A stretch of DNA of 64,000 bases from Octopus sinensis (taxonomy: Eukaryota). The position numbers were made by a program, and so were the translations under genes. Shown piece by piece: positions 1 to 14,099 of this stretch (position 1 is its first letter; every line of letters starts with the position of its first letter). The notes under the pieces were generated by a model, which had not been told where the DNA came from, searched no databases, and saw only the letters and a program-made list of their open reading frames with translations. The stretch is taken from the NCBI RefSeq assembly GCF_006345805.1, contig NC_043000.1, positions 10,602,001 through 10,666,000 on the forward strand, given 5' to 3'.

Positions 1-514
1 TTAGATTTTAAGCTACCCTAGAGGGAATTTTTGCCTACTTATTGTATGGATAGTTTCAGTTAGCTAAAGTTTTCTGACTTACTACATTATGTGAGACCCC
101 ACATATTTTAGTATGCCAAAGGTATGTTCTCCTTGCCCTATTGTTGAGTTGATAATTGAGTTTGTATTTTTTTTTTTTTTTTACCACTGTACAAATATTT
201 AATAAGCTTACACAATTACACCTCATTAATATACAAAAATAAAATAAACCAGTGTTCCAAGAATATCTTAATTGAAGTCTCTGTAAATCTGTAATGTTTT
301 GTTCTAAAACTGGAATGCTATTTTTTAGTTTATTATGAATCTCTATGCTTCTAAAAACTAATTATCATTCGAGTAAAGCAGTAGAATTTGAGGAAACTAG
401 TGATGTCCTCATCAGCAAATAGTAATTATTTGTCACATGACTTTCTTCAATCTTTCCTTTGTTTACTGACTCTCGTGTACAGAAAAATATTTCAAGTACC
501 CAAATATATTTCAT

Positions 515-880
515 AAGAGCACCATCCGAGCGTGATCGTTGCCAGAACAGCTAACTGGCTTCCGTGCGGTAGCATGTAAGAGGCACCATTCAAGCAGGAT
601 CGTTACCAGCATTGCCTTACTGGCACCTGTGCCATTGGCATGTGTAAAAAGATTTGAGCGAGGTCGTTGCCAGTACCGCCTGACTGGCCCCCATGTCGGT
701 GGCACATAAAAGCACCCACTACACTCTCGGAGTGGTTGGCATTAGGAAGGGCATCCAGCTGTAGAAACTCTGCCAGATCAAGACTGGAGCCTGGTGCAGC
801 CATCTGGTTCACTAGCCCTCAGTCAAACCGTCCAACCCATGCTAGCATGGAAAGCAGACGTTAAATGATGATGATGATGA
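515..880 (+). mobile_element. Family C repeat (RTE 3' UTR or RTE-dependent SINE) with three internal modules
   Basis: Core GAGTGGTTGGCATTAGGAAGGGCATCCAGCTGTAGAAAC...CCAACCCATGCTAGCATGGAAA...(GAT)n; identical core follows the RTE ORF end at 42265-42560. Further copies at approx. 1090, 8200, 11390, 13770, 29690. Confidence 0.8.
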
Positions 881-2290
881 AGTGGTGTCCTGTATTTCAT
901 ATTTTATACTAAAACAATGGTAAAAGTATATCCTTAACATAGCTGTATCATATCCAACAAATGGCCCTTTTCTTGACAGCCAGTATATTGCTTCCACATC
1001 TAGGATGCTGCTGCAATGGCAGACATGACCCATACTCCACTGCAGAAGTGTTAAGGCCACTTCCCAATGGTGAAGAAGACTGGCCTGCAAGAATCCTGTG
1101 CTGGTGCCATGTAAAAAAAGTACTCATGCCAGTGCCACATGAATGCGCTCGTGCAGTGCTACATGAAAGCACCCAGCACATTCTATAAAGTAGTTGGCGT
1201 TAGGAAGGGCATCCAGCTGTAGAAACAACTGCCAGATCAGACTGGAACCTGGTGCAGTTCTCCAGCTTACCAACTGTGGTCAAACTGTCCAACCCATGCC
1301 AACATGGAAAACAGATGTTAAATGATGATCATCTCATCTCACTATTCAGAAAAGGCCACCTGACTGATTGATATAAAGCCTCTGGGCCCACAGATGTGCT
1401 GACCCTTCTCTCTACCTTTTCTAACCTTACTTTAATCACATCTGCTCTTTGCAACTGCCTGGACTTGTTCAACCTCTTAGTCCTTTCTCTGATCATCGCC
1501 CTTCTTTCCCAGAATATCATTCCTCTGGAATCCTCTCTTTGCTTACTAAACTAAAAGCATTTTCAGTATGTTACCTTTCTCTGTGTCATTCAATCACTAT
1601 TTGATGTATCTATCCCATTCCAATTTTTGTTTGATATATCTCTATCTCATCTGCCCTGTACTTCTGACACTTCACCTATTATGCTCTCATTATCAGTTCA
1701 GTTTTAGAAGTATTAGTTGGTTATTTTCACATTCATCTTTATATTTAGACCTCTTCTCAGCTTTGTACAGTAAATCCAATGGCTCATTCTATATGTTACT
1801 ATCCAACAATTGTATATATTCTAACTTTATTGCCTGAGATTCACTTCACAGCTTTTACTTACATTTCATTTGAACATCAACTACACCGATCCACATGTAG
1901 TAAAGGCCATCAATGCTGTGCCTCCTCTGAGCCAATCATTTTTAAAAATGTGTCCCTGTTATACAGACAGAAGCTTTTTATTACTACTGTCAGAATCAGT
2001 GGTTCTCTCTTGAACCTGGTTAAAATGACACTACTTGCTCAAACTACTGCACTGGTTTTCAATACCATAGAAGTTATGCAAGCAGCTGTTAACAACCACA
2101 TCCTTCATTTTCTTGACCTATCTTAGTGATTGCACTCATGGCTTGTTCTCCTATATCTCACATCAATAATCTCTCACCTTTGAGAATTTCAGAAAAATTC
2201 AAGTTATCCTTAGTATCAACAAAGGTTTTAACATGTCTACCATAAAAATTCCATCACTAAGTTGATTGCATATGGTCTACATTTGTCTTC

Positions 2291-2525
2291 AGTTTCTTAT
2301 TTCTTTACTGCCCACAAGGAGCTACACACAGAGGGAACAAACAAGGACAGACAAATGGATTAAGTCGATTATATCGACCCAGTGCGTAACTGGTACTTAT
2401 TCAATTGACCCCGAAAGGATGAAAGGCAAAGTCAACCTCAGCAGAATTTGAACTTGGAACATAGCGGCAGATGAAATACTGCTAAGCATTTCGCCCGGCG
2501 TGCTAACATTTCTGCCAGCTCACCT
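2291..2525 (-). mobile_element. SINE family B
   Basis: Reverse complement of the 4658-4890 consensus. Confidence 0.85.
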
Positions 2526-4657
2526 ACATTTGTCTTTCATTTCTTGACATACTGTGTGCTAATAGGGCCCTCTCCAACCCATATTCTACCTGCTCTGTTG
2601 TACCACAAATTTTTATGATGTTACTTACATTCTTTCTTGTATGCAATAATTACTTACCTGCTGTCACTTCTAACAACACTTACCTTCCTATGCATCTTCC
2701 ACTTCTCTCTAACTTTTTTTGGTGCAAGTGTCATGAACATAAAGCCTAAATACCTCATGCTGCATCCATAAATAGGTATCTCAAAACCATTTTCCAACAG
2801 GAAAATAATAATCTCATCTTCAACGATACAAAACACTAAACACTATCGTATGTATATCGATATAACTAACTTGTAACTTAGTCCCCATACATACCAACAA
2901 CATGCAAATTTTGAAAAGTTATGACTGATGCTTGGTGTCTCAATCTCTGAGAATCTCTTATGATGACTTCACATCTATAATTTTATCAAAACTGCATCCC
3001 AATAACTTGGAATCTGTTTTAGAGCCAGAAAATATTTCGGATTTCGGCCCTCTACAAAATGCAAATAAAACCCATATTGGAGAACTCTCAAATACATGGG
3101 ATAGTATTGTTATTTCTACAACATCCCAAAATATATTGTCATGAGTTATTCAACTACTAAGAGTATATATGTTATTGCACTAATAGCTAAAGGGTTTTTA
3201 GTTAAACCTCAGTGTAAGCATTTTTTTAAAACTCTCGTGTATTTAGGCAGACCACGTAATTCTAAATGTGTCAGTTTACTTTGCAGTCTGAAAACAGATA
3301 CTAGATTACCTGGGAATGTTACTTGTCACATTGTTATTTCAAGAGGATGTTAAGTGGTTGAAACAAATATTTTAACTGGACTTCAGCATTAACTTCTATG
3401 TTATGTCTCAGGTAAATGGTTTAAGACCTGCCACTGAAATACAACTAAACATATACAGGACAGATGTAAGATATGTATAGATTTATTCTGATTTGTTGAG
3501 CAGAAGTGCTCAACATATTCACTATATCTTCATTTAAGCTTTTCTCAGAAGCATGCCTGTTATCAAAAACATTCTAGCCATGATCATTTCATCTTTTATT
3601 CAATCGTAGTGTATCCAGAGTCATATTATCCAATGTCCTTCTGTCTGCTTTTAAAATTGTTGAGTTTTATTTCGCTGTTATTTCTAGCTGTTCAAGTGAT
3701 CAGATAGAAACATCCTCATTGTTCTTATCCTAGGTGAAGGGAAATAGTTTCAACCAAGAACTGAAACTGGATGCAATTTGTATTTCTCTCTCTTCACTTC
3801 CTAATGAGTTTATACTTTCATCAGTTATGAACATCTAAGGTGTTATATCATTGCTAGTATTGAAAACTTATTATTAAGGAGACAAGCTAGCAGAATCATC
3901 GGCACACCAGACAAAATGCTTAGTAGCATTTCATCCATCTTTATGTTCAGAGTTCAAATTCTGCTGAGGTTGGCTTTACCTTTCATCTTTTCAGGGTCGA
4001 TAAAAGAAGTACCAGTTGAGTACTGCGGTCAATATAATTGATTATCCCTTTCCCCCAAAATTTCAAGCCTTATGCCTATATTAGAAAGCATTACTATTAT
4101 ATGAAAAATCCCAGCTTTATTTTGCTGAGTATGATGGAAAGTGTCAGTTGCCCGTAGCCAGCAGTTTACTGGTCATGCTTCAAAAACCCTGTGGAGGATT
4201 CTTGCATTTCCAAGCAATGATGATTTTTGTAGTTGTTCTATTTTTATATTTATTCAATTATTTTTTTTTTGGTGGGGGGAGCCATATTGGTAGTTGGGTA
4301 GTGTTACTTCCAAGTGCACCAATCACTATTTGTATTGTTTCCACTTTCTTCATTGCCTACAACCTGCGTATTACTCACCTCAATTTGTTGTTGTTATGAT
4401 GATGAAGATTTCATCCAAGGCTACTGACAACACAATCTTTTATGGTTTCAAGTATTACTACAAAACTAGCTGCTTCTTTACTAGCCCTTCCATAGACTGT
4501 ATTTGAAATGTGCATTTGCTATTCTTGAGTCCATTCATTTCAGTTACACTTGTAATGTGTCTCCAACTATGTCACTCCACTTTGCATACTTCTCTTCCAG
4601 AATAAACAAAGAAACCCTATGTAGTTGATTGGCCTGCTAGAAATATCTCCAATAGCA

Positions 4658-4890
4658 AGGTGGCGAGCTGGCAGAAATGTTAGTACGCCGGACGAAATGC
4701 TTAGTATTTCATCTATCGTTACGTTCTGAGTTCAAATTCCGCCGAGGTCGACTTTGTCTTTTATCCTTTCAGGATCGATAAATTAAGTACCAGTTATGCA
4801 CTGGGACCGATGTAATCAACTTAATCCCTTTGTCTGTCCTTGTTTGTCCCCTGTGTGTTTAGCCCCTTGTGGGCAATGCAATAAAGAAAT
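4658..4890 (+). mobile_element. tRNA-derived SINE family B
   Basis: GGCGAGCTGGCAGAA head, B box GAGTTCAAATTCC, 3' GCCCCTTGTGGG..AAAGAAATA. Further copies at approx. 3880, 9960, 16275, 23985, 24185, 28372, 54605. Confidence 0.85.
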
Positions 4891-5530
4891 AGCTCCAATA
4901 TCTTCTACCATCTTTAAAAATAAAAGAAAACATTGATAAGTAGTCCTCTCTAATAGACTGTATGATGACAGCTGGAGTACCTTTCTTGATAGATATGCTG
5001 GTTGGCCTGAGGTTAACAACAAAAGATCAGGAGCTTTCTTTTGTGGGCCAGAATCAGGCAACATGTTTCAATGTGGTTTTTGTTATCTGCATCATATCTT
5101 CAGCCTCTCAGCATATCTACACAGAGCAAATCTTCACAATCTTCACACTACCCAAATATATACTTGGCAATCCATCTCTACTGAGCTGCATCCAGCCCAT
5201 ACCAAGCTTGGAAGATTTGTGACCTTGTTCCAAGTTATGTACAGGATCTTATAAAGACAGTATTACTGTTCTGTTAGTTGTAAGGTGACAGCACAACATA
5301 AAGGAATGGAGCTACAACATGACTGCTAGAAATAGTAACCAAATTTCCTTCAAACTACAGTCCATTATTTTGTAAAAAGGAAAGTAACTGTAGTTCTTAA
5401 TGCCCCTAAAGAGATGAAATGGTCGTGACTGGAATGCTTTTGATTATAAATTTTCTGAATCAAGGCTAAACTAATCAACAATAATTTTGTAATTGCTAAA
5501 TTTCTCTCAAATCAATCGGCACCATTTTAA

Positions 5531-5735
5531 CCCTTTTAATACCAACCTGCCTGAAATAGTACAAATGTCTTGTCTTCAAAAGTTCTGAATTAAAATCTTC
5601 CACCAAACCTTAGTCACAATTTATGTTCCAAACACTAGCTTAATGATAACTAAGTTAATTTACTAAATTCTTTGTTATATTTAAAATCAATTTAAAGAAA
5701 CAGAGCATCTCAACAGAAATATGGTGACAAAAGGA
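5531..5735 (+). mobile_element. piggyBac-like MITE copy 1
   Basis: TTAA-CCCTTT ... AAAGGA-TTAA; internal sequence shared with three other copies. Confidence 0.75.
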
Positions 5736-6545
5736 TTAAACAAGACACATCGGATAATGTAGTCTTAGAAACTCCTAGAGATAGATGTTTATGGCTAAAA
5801 GCCAAAATTCTTATGTACAGTGCATCTTCTTGTGTGTGATTCATCCTGTGATTTAAAACACCAGCACATAAATAGCCTAAACGTGTAATGTTTTAAACAG
5901 AGAGAGACCAATAAACCTGTTTTGAACTGTCTTTATACATATCTCTATGGCCCCCATGTATGTACTTCGAGCAGATTCTACATCTTTATTGAAGTATTTA
6001 AAATCTCTTCTCCAAAGAAATAGAAAAATCTACCGCTACTGTGTTCATTTTTGAAATAGGCTTTTTAAGGCCATCCACTCAACAAGCAACACATAGAACC
6101 TTTCAAAGACCATTCAGTCATCTATTCAGTTTAGATATCTCATTCAGTTAGTGTTTCTTGTTTTTTTGGGTTTTTTTTTTATTGCAGTGACAAAGAATTG
6201 CCATAGTGTCTAGTCAATTTCCTTTCGTTCTGTTTTCTCTTGTGTTTTTCTGTATTTCTACACTTATTTCACAAGGGATATAACATCTGCTCTCACTCAC
6301 TCTCTCTCTCTCTCTCACCCTCTTACCCCTGCACAAAAGAACCTTGGAAAAAAATCAATGTGCTGACAACAGTCTATTTAAAAACAAGCTGACTTGATTT
6401 TTTTTAAAGCTATATTTTTAAAATCTGAAATTAACCTGCTGCTTAGTTCAGTTTAAAGTAGTTTTTATTTATTTAATGTTGATCTCAACATTTTAAAAAA
6501 ATGTTTCAGTTATCTGCATTGCTTTATTACCACATCTTAAACAAG

Positions 6546-6950
6546 TAGGCGCAGGAGTGGCTGTGTGGTAAGTAGCTTGCTTACAAACTACATGGTTCTG
6601 GGTTCAGTCCCACTGCGTGGCACCTTGGGCAAGTGTCTTCTACTATAGCCTCGGGCCAACCAAAGCCTTGTGAGTGGATTTGGTAGACGGAAACTGAAAG
6701 AAGCCTGTCGTATATATGTATATATATATGTGTGTGTGCGTGTATGTTTGTGTGTCTGTGTTTGTCCCCCTAGCATTGCTTGACAACCGATGCTGGTGTG
6801 TTTATGTCCCCGCCACTTAGCAGTTCGGCAAAAGAGACCGATAGAATAAGTACTGGGCTTAAAAAGAATAAGTCCTGGGTTTGAGTTGCTCGATTAAAGG
6901 CGGTGCTCCAGCATGGCCACAGTCAAATGACTGAAACAGGGAAAAAGTCA
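6546..6950 (+). mobile_element. tRNA-derived SINE family A, full-length copy
   Basis: A box TGGCTGTGTGG, B box GGTTCAGTCCC, internal (TA)n(TG)n, 3' GACTGAAAC. Many further copies or fragments (approx. 7250, 8810, 13140, 15655, 16510, 16985, 23380, 25080, 29870, 38215, 40420, 44940, 46570, 47160, 58560). Confidence 0.85.
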
Positions 6951-8514
6951 AAGAAGGAGCCACTGCCTGGCTACTCAACCTTTTAGGAATAACAATTATA
7001 TTTCCCTCAAGTAACACAATTATCTTTAAAAAATAAAAAAAAGGGCATATTTCATAATGCGGTCTTGGATGCACGAACCACTTCTTGTAGATGAGTAGAT
7101 AGATTCTGGGACCACCTGTGTATTTGTCATTAGTTTTAATGTACTGTAAGCATTCGTTAAGCTTTGGGCAGAACTGTTTAGTCTACATTATCTTCTGTTT
7201 ACCTAGAATGTTATCTCTGATTGACGAACATCCTAACCCAAAAATATGTGGCCGTGTGGTTAAGAAGTTCACTTTGCAACCAAATGGTTTCAGGTTCAGT
7301 CCCACTACACTGCACTTCGGGCAAGTGTTTTCTATAGCTCCAGACTGACCAATGCCTTGTGAACAAATTTGGTAGAGGGAAACTATATGGAAACCCATCA
7401 CATACACACACGTGTTGGTTCCTCCCGCCCCATCACTTCAGAACTAGTTTTTGTTCCTCCTTCCCCATCACTTCAAAACCAGTATTGGCTTGTTTATATT
7501 CCAATAACTTAGCAGTTCACCAGCAGAGACAATAAAATAAGTACCAGACTTAATATAAGTACTTGGTTTGATGTGTTTGAGTAAAATCTTCCAAAACAGT
7601 GCCCCTGCATGGCTGTAATCAAATGACTAAAAAAAAAGTAAAAGATTTTTTGTCTGCTATACACCATAATAACCAGAGCCAAGCATTGACTGTCATCAAC
7701 ATATCTTCAAGGATTAGGTGACATTTATGTTATTTATAGTGATAGTTATTTATTGTACATTATAGTATGATGTTAGCAGTCTACCAGTCTCCTAATAATG
7801 AGCGTAGTGTTTTTATATATTCGACCAGATGCAGAGGAGGTGAGAAAACAGTAATTCAGTGAAGGAGAAGTAGTGAGAGTAATAGCCCTGACACACACAC
7901 ACACACACACCACACACACACACACACACAAACGCACACGCACACACACACATGCTCACACAAACACGCATGCTCACACAAACACGCATGCTCACACACA
8001 CACACACAGAAACACACACACTCTCTTGGTCTCTTCCTCTCTCTCTCTCTCTCTATCTCACCAGGTGACTATGTACCTCCTCTAAAGCAAGACATCTATT
8101 TCTGCCACTTTGTATCACTCTAACCTTTCACCAACGGACACAAGATCACCTCCAAATGCCCCACCCCTCTCCTCTCAAAATTCTTTGTCTTGCAAGTTAC
8201 TTGGTGACCCTGCTAGTGCTGGTGTCACATAAGAAGCATGCAGTCCACACCAAAGCAGTTGGCATTTGGAAGATCATACAGCTGTAAAAACCATGACAAA
8301 ACTGACCTCACCTGTGCTGGTGCCTCATAAAAAACACTCAGTCCACTGTTAAGTGGTTGGCATTTAGAAGGGCATCCAGCCGTAAAAACCATGCCAAAAC
8401 AGACATAGTTGCCTGGTGTAGTCTTCTACCTGGCCAGCTCCTGTCAAACTCATGTCAGCATGGAAGGCAGATGTTAAATGGTGATGATGACACACAATGG
8501 GTTTCTTCTAGTTT

Positions 8515-8748
8515 CTTATTTCTTTTATTACCCACAAGGGGCTAAACATAGAGGGGACAAACAAGGACAGACAATGAGATTAAGTTGATTACATCGACCC
8601 CAGTGCATAACTGGTACTTAATTTATCGACCCCAAAAGGATAAAAGGCAAAGTCGACCTCGGCGGAATTTGAACTCGGAATGTAGCGGCAGACGAAATAC
8701 CACCAAGCATTTCGCCCGCTGTGCTAATGTTTCTGCCAGCTCGCTGCC
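8515..8748 (-). mobile_element. SINE family B
   Basis: Reverse complement of the family B consensus. Confidence 0.85.
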
Positions 8749-11700
8749 TTCTGGTGAATCAGACATGTCACACACACAGTTATATGCTGTAAAAAAATTG
8801 TAAACGCCTTGGGTTTCTTCTAGTTTCTATCTACCAAATCCACTTTACAAGGCTTTGGCCAGTCCAGGTCTATAGTAGAAGATACTTTCCCCAATGTGCA
8901 ACACAGTGGGATTGAACCCAAGACTTCATAGTTAGAAACCAAGCCTCTTAACACAGCCCTGGTTGTACTTACCTAAAATGACATTAAAAGCCAATATATT
9001 GGATTATAATAGACTTGCTGCTCCTTTGGCAGTTGTGCAACACTGCATGTTACGCATGATAATGCAAGGTATTTCAAACAGTTTAGGTACAAAGTCAAAA
9101 AATCAAAATGATTACCATAAAATTTCATTATCCATGAAATTTTATGGAACATTATTGGTTATTTACTTCAAATTGCATTATAATATAATCTACTGCTTCT
9201 GTCAAATATTATCTCATCACTTCTTTCTATCATCAATCTGATGTAATGCATTGCTGGTTTATTTAGTCTAAATCATATTATAATGTCAACTGTCTACCAC
9301 TTCTGTCAAATGAAGCCAATGGAAAGCTTTTAGAATTTAAAGAAAAGGAAAATTCAAGTGTTTGCTGGTGTATCTTTAGTTCATTTCCAACCAACCTGAC
9401 TAGCTATAATGGACTTTTAGTCTTTCTCTGCTCTTATTTATTACTTAGTTGGCAGTACACCATTGTTGATATAATTTACATGTAGAAGATTGAATATACA
9501 CGCTTACTGTTTGCATAGAGAGCAATATAGAAAGTTTATGTTTCAAGAAGTAAACACATTTACACCCTCACATTCATTTATGTACGTGTGTGTGTGTGTG
9601 TGTGTGTGCGTGCATACACACACACACATGTAGCTTGCCATTGATTATCAGTAGAGAAACAAATTTCAAAATATTACATATGCTTCCTTATGGTATGTAT
9701 TGCTATTAAGTATATTGTTTATAAGTTTATAATATATATTAGTATTACACAGCACGTTACAAATTTCCAAATGTCATTGATGACCCTTGAAGCTTTTTTT
9801 TTTATACATAATCAGAGAAGGGCAGTGCCCACAGTCCTTTATAGAGCCTCTTGAGACTAGCAAGAGGGGTAGGAAGGTATCCTCAGACTGGATACATAAC
9901 CAAAATGTTTGCAACAAATGATTTCGATTAAAGATACTGAAAGACAGGTCATGGATTAAGTCAACCAATCCAGTAGTCTACGGCAGGATTTGAACTTGGA
10001 ATGCTAAGATCTAGAGGAAATACCACAAGGGATCCTATTCAATGCTGAAACGATTCTGCCAGTCCACCACTCTAGACTGATACTTTAGTTACCAGCTCTG
10101 GAAGAATGTAAGGCAAAGTTGACCTTGCATGTATTTGAAACCAGAATGTAGGCCAGAATAAATAGCACAAGGCAATCAGTTATAAACCCCCCTCTCCACC
10201 TAGTCATTACTTCCCATCTAGCTTTTATAATACATTTTCATTATCTAAGACAATGGAATTTAAATTATTGCAACTTACAACAGAAATATCTTCTGTTATT
10301 CAGTTTTTATTTATGTCTAGCATTAATTAACTTTCCTTTATGAAGTTCATTAATTGTATAATTATCCTTATTTCAATCATAATTACACACACACACACAA
10401 ACACATCAATTTTACATCTGCTTTTCCATAAGGGAATGGATTGAGTGCTTGGTAATATTGTCATGGTCCAAATCATCTTACACTTAGTAACAGATCAGCC
10501 CACTTTGGTGTGGTATGCTGCCAACACTAGAGAGACTGCTATTCCATTTTGAGCATGGATACCCTTGTTATTACCAACCACTTTACAGTGTACCAGAATG
10601 CATTTTATTATATCACCAGCATTACAACTGGTTGCCCTATGTGAAGAGGACCAAAAATCTCCACTACTCTGTATCGGTTCTTATTCAGTTACTGCCCTTT
10701 AAGACAGACTTGTAAAGTCCAGATCTCATTCATATGTTCCTTTGATTCAGAAGATGAAGGCTTTATCTATCAAATGGAAATGACAAGGTGGAGATTTGAT
10801 GTGCCTTGACAAAAAAAAAAGTTGTCTTTGTTACATGGATATAAATAGAAAGAAAGCTATGGAAAAGGGAGCTACAGAGATATTGTTGATGCGAGTGGGG
10901 CTGTCTCTAGATAGGTATATCAAGAAGCTGCAAGCAAGTTGTACATTTGATGACAAAGGCAGGTGATGTTCTTTTATTCTCTCATCTGGTTTAACATCAC
11001 TACTTGACTCTTATTTGCCTTTAACAAAGTTCACTTCATTACAAGCATTCAGGCCAGGTCACCAATCAGAAAATAATTCAATATCTTGATGTGCTCTTTC
11101 CTACTGCATCCAACAACTCATGTGGTGAGGTCTCTTCCTCCCTTTCTCTTTGTCAGTCTTGGAGTTAATACAGTAAAGTCATGAGTGCTGCCTTTTTCAC
11201 TCTTGACTGAGCCATAACAAAAACTTATGGCAGAATTTGAACTCTTGATCTGTAGATCACTGGGTATTTTCAGAAAAGCTTAACTATTCTTGATCAGACA
11301 TTTACATGTGCCTGTGTAAACATGTTATTACTTAGATAATTGTGAGTGTGCCAATATTTAGAGTTGATTCTGGACAAATTTTTACCACCTTTCATCATCC
11401 TCATAATCATTTGATATCCATGTTCCATGCTAGCATGGGTTGGATGGTTTTACAGCACCCAATGAGCCCCAAGGGCTGCATCATGCTCCAGTGTTTGCTT
11501 TGGCATGGGTTTTATGACTGAATGCCTTTCCTAACACCAACCACTTTACAGTGTGTACTGGGTGCTTCTCTTCATGATACCAACACTAGTGAGATCATAA
11601 TGAAGTTTACATGACTACAAACCCCAAGGGTCTACTTTTATGCTAGGTGATGAAGAGTATGAGAGAAAAAAGTTGGACTAGAACAGGTTTTTTGCTGAAG

Positions 11701-12884
11701 AGGAGTTACCTTCAAGATTCAAGGCAGGTAGGAGTGGGTAGAGCAGAGGGGCCACAAATAAGTGTTGGGGAGTAGGTGATGTCTCTTTCTCTAATAATCA
11801 TCGACAACTCAGTCTGTTACTCTCAGCCTTTAATACTTGACTGCTACCTATTCTATCAACCTTAAAATGGTGAAAGGCAAGGTTTGAAATCCATATATAA
11901 GGGAGTGTAACTAAATACTGCGCGATTTTATTTGTAAACCACTCTACCACTTCTGCCCTCCATCATCATCTATTTACAATAATATAATTGCTGTGTTTTT
12001 CCAACCGTGGTGTTTTTGCTCCATTTATTTGCCCCATTACCTATTCCCTCCCTCCTGTTGTAGCTGTAGCCAGGCAATTATTAACAATAGCATTTAGTTG
12101 CTATCAACAGTCTAAGTAACTGAACTGGTGATCTCCACCTTATTACAGATCAATAATCTACGTCTATTCATTGGCTCGTTCAGCTTCACTAAATACTGTT
12201 ACTTTCCAGTTGAGTTAGAATTACAAAATGGTTCCATCTTTAATAGCAGTATACATTGTTTGCCTTAATTTATATGTGATTCCAGAACAATCTAGTAAAA
12301 TATAGAAGGAAATTAGCTAATAGCTTATGTGGTTTTTTGGGGGTGGTTTTTATAATAAAAGTACTTCATTTCTTCATACTTTGTAGAAAGATACAGAGCC
12401 AAACCTGAAATAATAAATTTCTTCTACTACTTCTCTTATAGAATATAAAAAATTATTACAAAAATAAGAGATTGCCAGGTGAATGTTTCCATCTTCTGAG
12501 TTCAAATATTACCCAGATCAACATTAGTTTTCATTCTTCTGAAGTTGGTTAAAATATGTTCCAATCATATACCAAATTGATTTGGTCATTTGTCAAAATT
12601 GTTCAAAAACTCATACAATGTAAATTGAAATATCAGACTGAAAACAGAAGGAAGGCAGTTTAAATTTTGTCTTATTTCAGGTGTAATAACACTTCATCAG
12701 GAAAAAATGGAGGATGGGTGTTGAGCTGGTATCTTTTGCTCAGATATGTGGGAAGGGATTGTGACATGTACAGCATGGTATTGTTACACTGACCAGTTTG
12801 CCTCATGTAATTCTCACCTGTTGTTTGATGGTTTCAATTTAATAATGAATATGGCTTTTTTAATCCTTAAATTGCCTATGTTAC

Positions 12885-13130
12885 ATTCTGTTGCCTTGAT
12901 CACCATCATCATTGTTTTAACCTCCACTTTTCCATCTTGCATGGGTTGGATGGAATTTATTGAGGCACGTTTTCTGCAGTTGGTTGCCCTGTTTGTTACC
13001 AACCCTCACCCGTTTCTAGGTATGGTAATAGTTTCCCATGGCCAGACATGTTCTTGCAGAATATTGGAAATGAAGTACACTCACTGGGTGTGTGACAGTG
13101 ATACTCATTTACAACTACCATACTATGTCA
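12885..13130 (-). mobile_element. Family D repeat (related 3' tail to family C)
   Basis: CCAACCCTCACC.GTTTC.AAG.A.GGTAATA.TTCCC...GCCAGACATGTT shared with approx. 18335-18560, 28800-28985, 37000-37240, 38440-38630, 59085-59310. Confidence 0.65.
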
Positions 13131-14099
13131 AGACAAGGAGACACACACACACACACACACACACTCATATGACAGGCTTTTTATAGTTTCCATCTACCAA
13201 ATCCACTCACGAGACTGGTTGACCTGGGAACATAAGAGAAGACATTTTCCTAAGGTGGGACTAAACCCTAAACCATGTGATTGGGAAGCAAACTTCTTAT
13301 CCACAGAGCCACATCCATGCCTAGGATGTTGACTGTAAAGTCCTGAGTGTGGCATTTCTCTGGGTATTTTTTGGATGATGTGTTTGTTTGCACATGTTCT
13401 TTGATACCAGTGTGTAGCTTTCAGGTGGTGCTTCCTAAGAAGGAACTGCCACATTTACACTGAAACTACATTTAGTTGTTTGTGCTTTTTCAGTTTTCCA
13501 TCGTGACACTTTTAGTTGTATTGCTCTGTATGAGCCTGAAGTTGTCAAGCCAACAAGTGATTTCTTAGCTCATTATGACAAGTTTAATCTGTTTCAGCAG
13601 TTGTGCAGACATGTGTTTCATACAACATAGCCTTCAGTTCTATATACATATTTCTTCTACCATTGTCTTTCCTTTAATCAATGATACGTACACCTGTCTC
13701 ACCTGAACAATCAATCACAACAAAGCAGCCTCCATATAGATATTCTGCTTGCTAGAAATAGTAGCTAAATCTTCCCCATCATCATTTAACATCCGCTTTT
13801 TACACTGGCATGGGTAGAACAGTTTGATAGGGAACCAGCAAGCAACAAGGCTGCATCGAGCTCCAATGTCATCTTTTGACATGGTTTTTAAGGCTAGATG
13901 CCCTTGCTGACACCAACCACTTGACAGTGTGTACTGAGTGCTTTTTTCAAGCCACAAGCACAACTGAGGTTGCCATGTAATTCATAAGATAGAAAAGAAC
14001 AGAAGGAATTCTCTTGAAACCTAGTAAGGTATGTTGGATTCACACTGCCTGATTGGATTGCATTTATTTTTTCATGTCTTTCTGTAAAAAGTTCTCATC

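Noticed and set aside
385-425. Minus-strand CTGATGA followed by a GGA/TCC stem
   Set aside because: No GAAA after the stem and no NUH site; only a simple hairpin.
1330-2160. Possible old LINE coding remnants, also 20860-21360, 52720-53050 and 60520-60850
   Set aside because: Composition is suggestive but no diagnostic motif could be read.
6546-6625. tRNA-like A and B boxes
   Set aside because: These are SINE heads; no complete cloverleaf, so no tRNA gene is called anywhere in the window.
8970-9330. Minus-strand exon suggested by a GTAAGT donor at about 8972
   Set aside because: No convincing open frame or homology; a splice motif alone is insufficient.
12665-12705. Minus-strand CTGATGA...GAAA with a GTGT/ACAC stem
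   Set aside because: Needs a bulge at the base of stem II, and stems I and III do not pair; likely chance.
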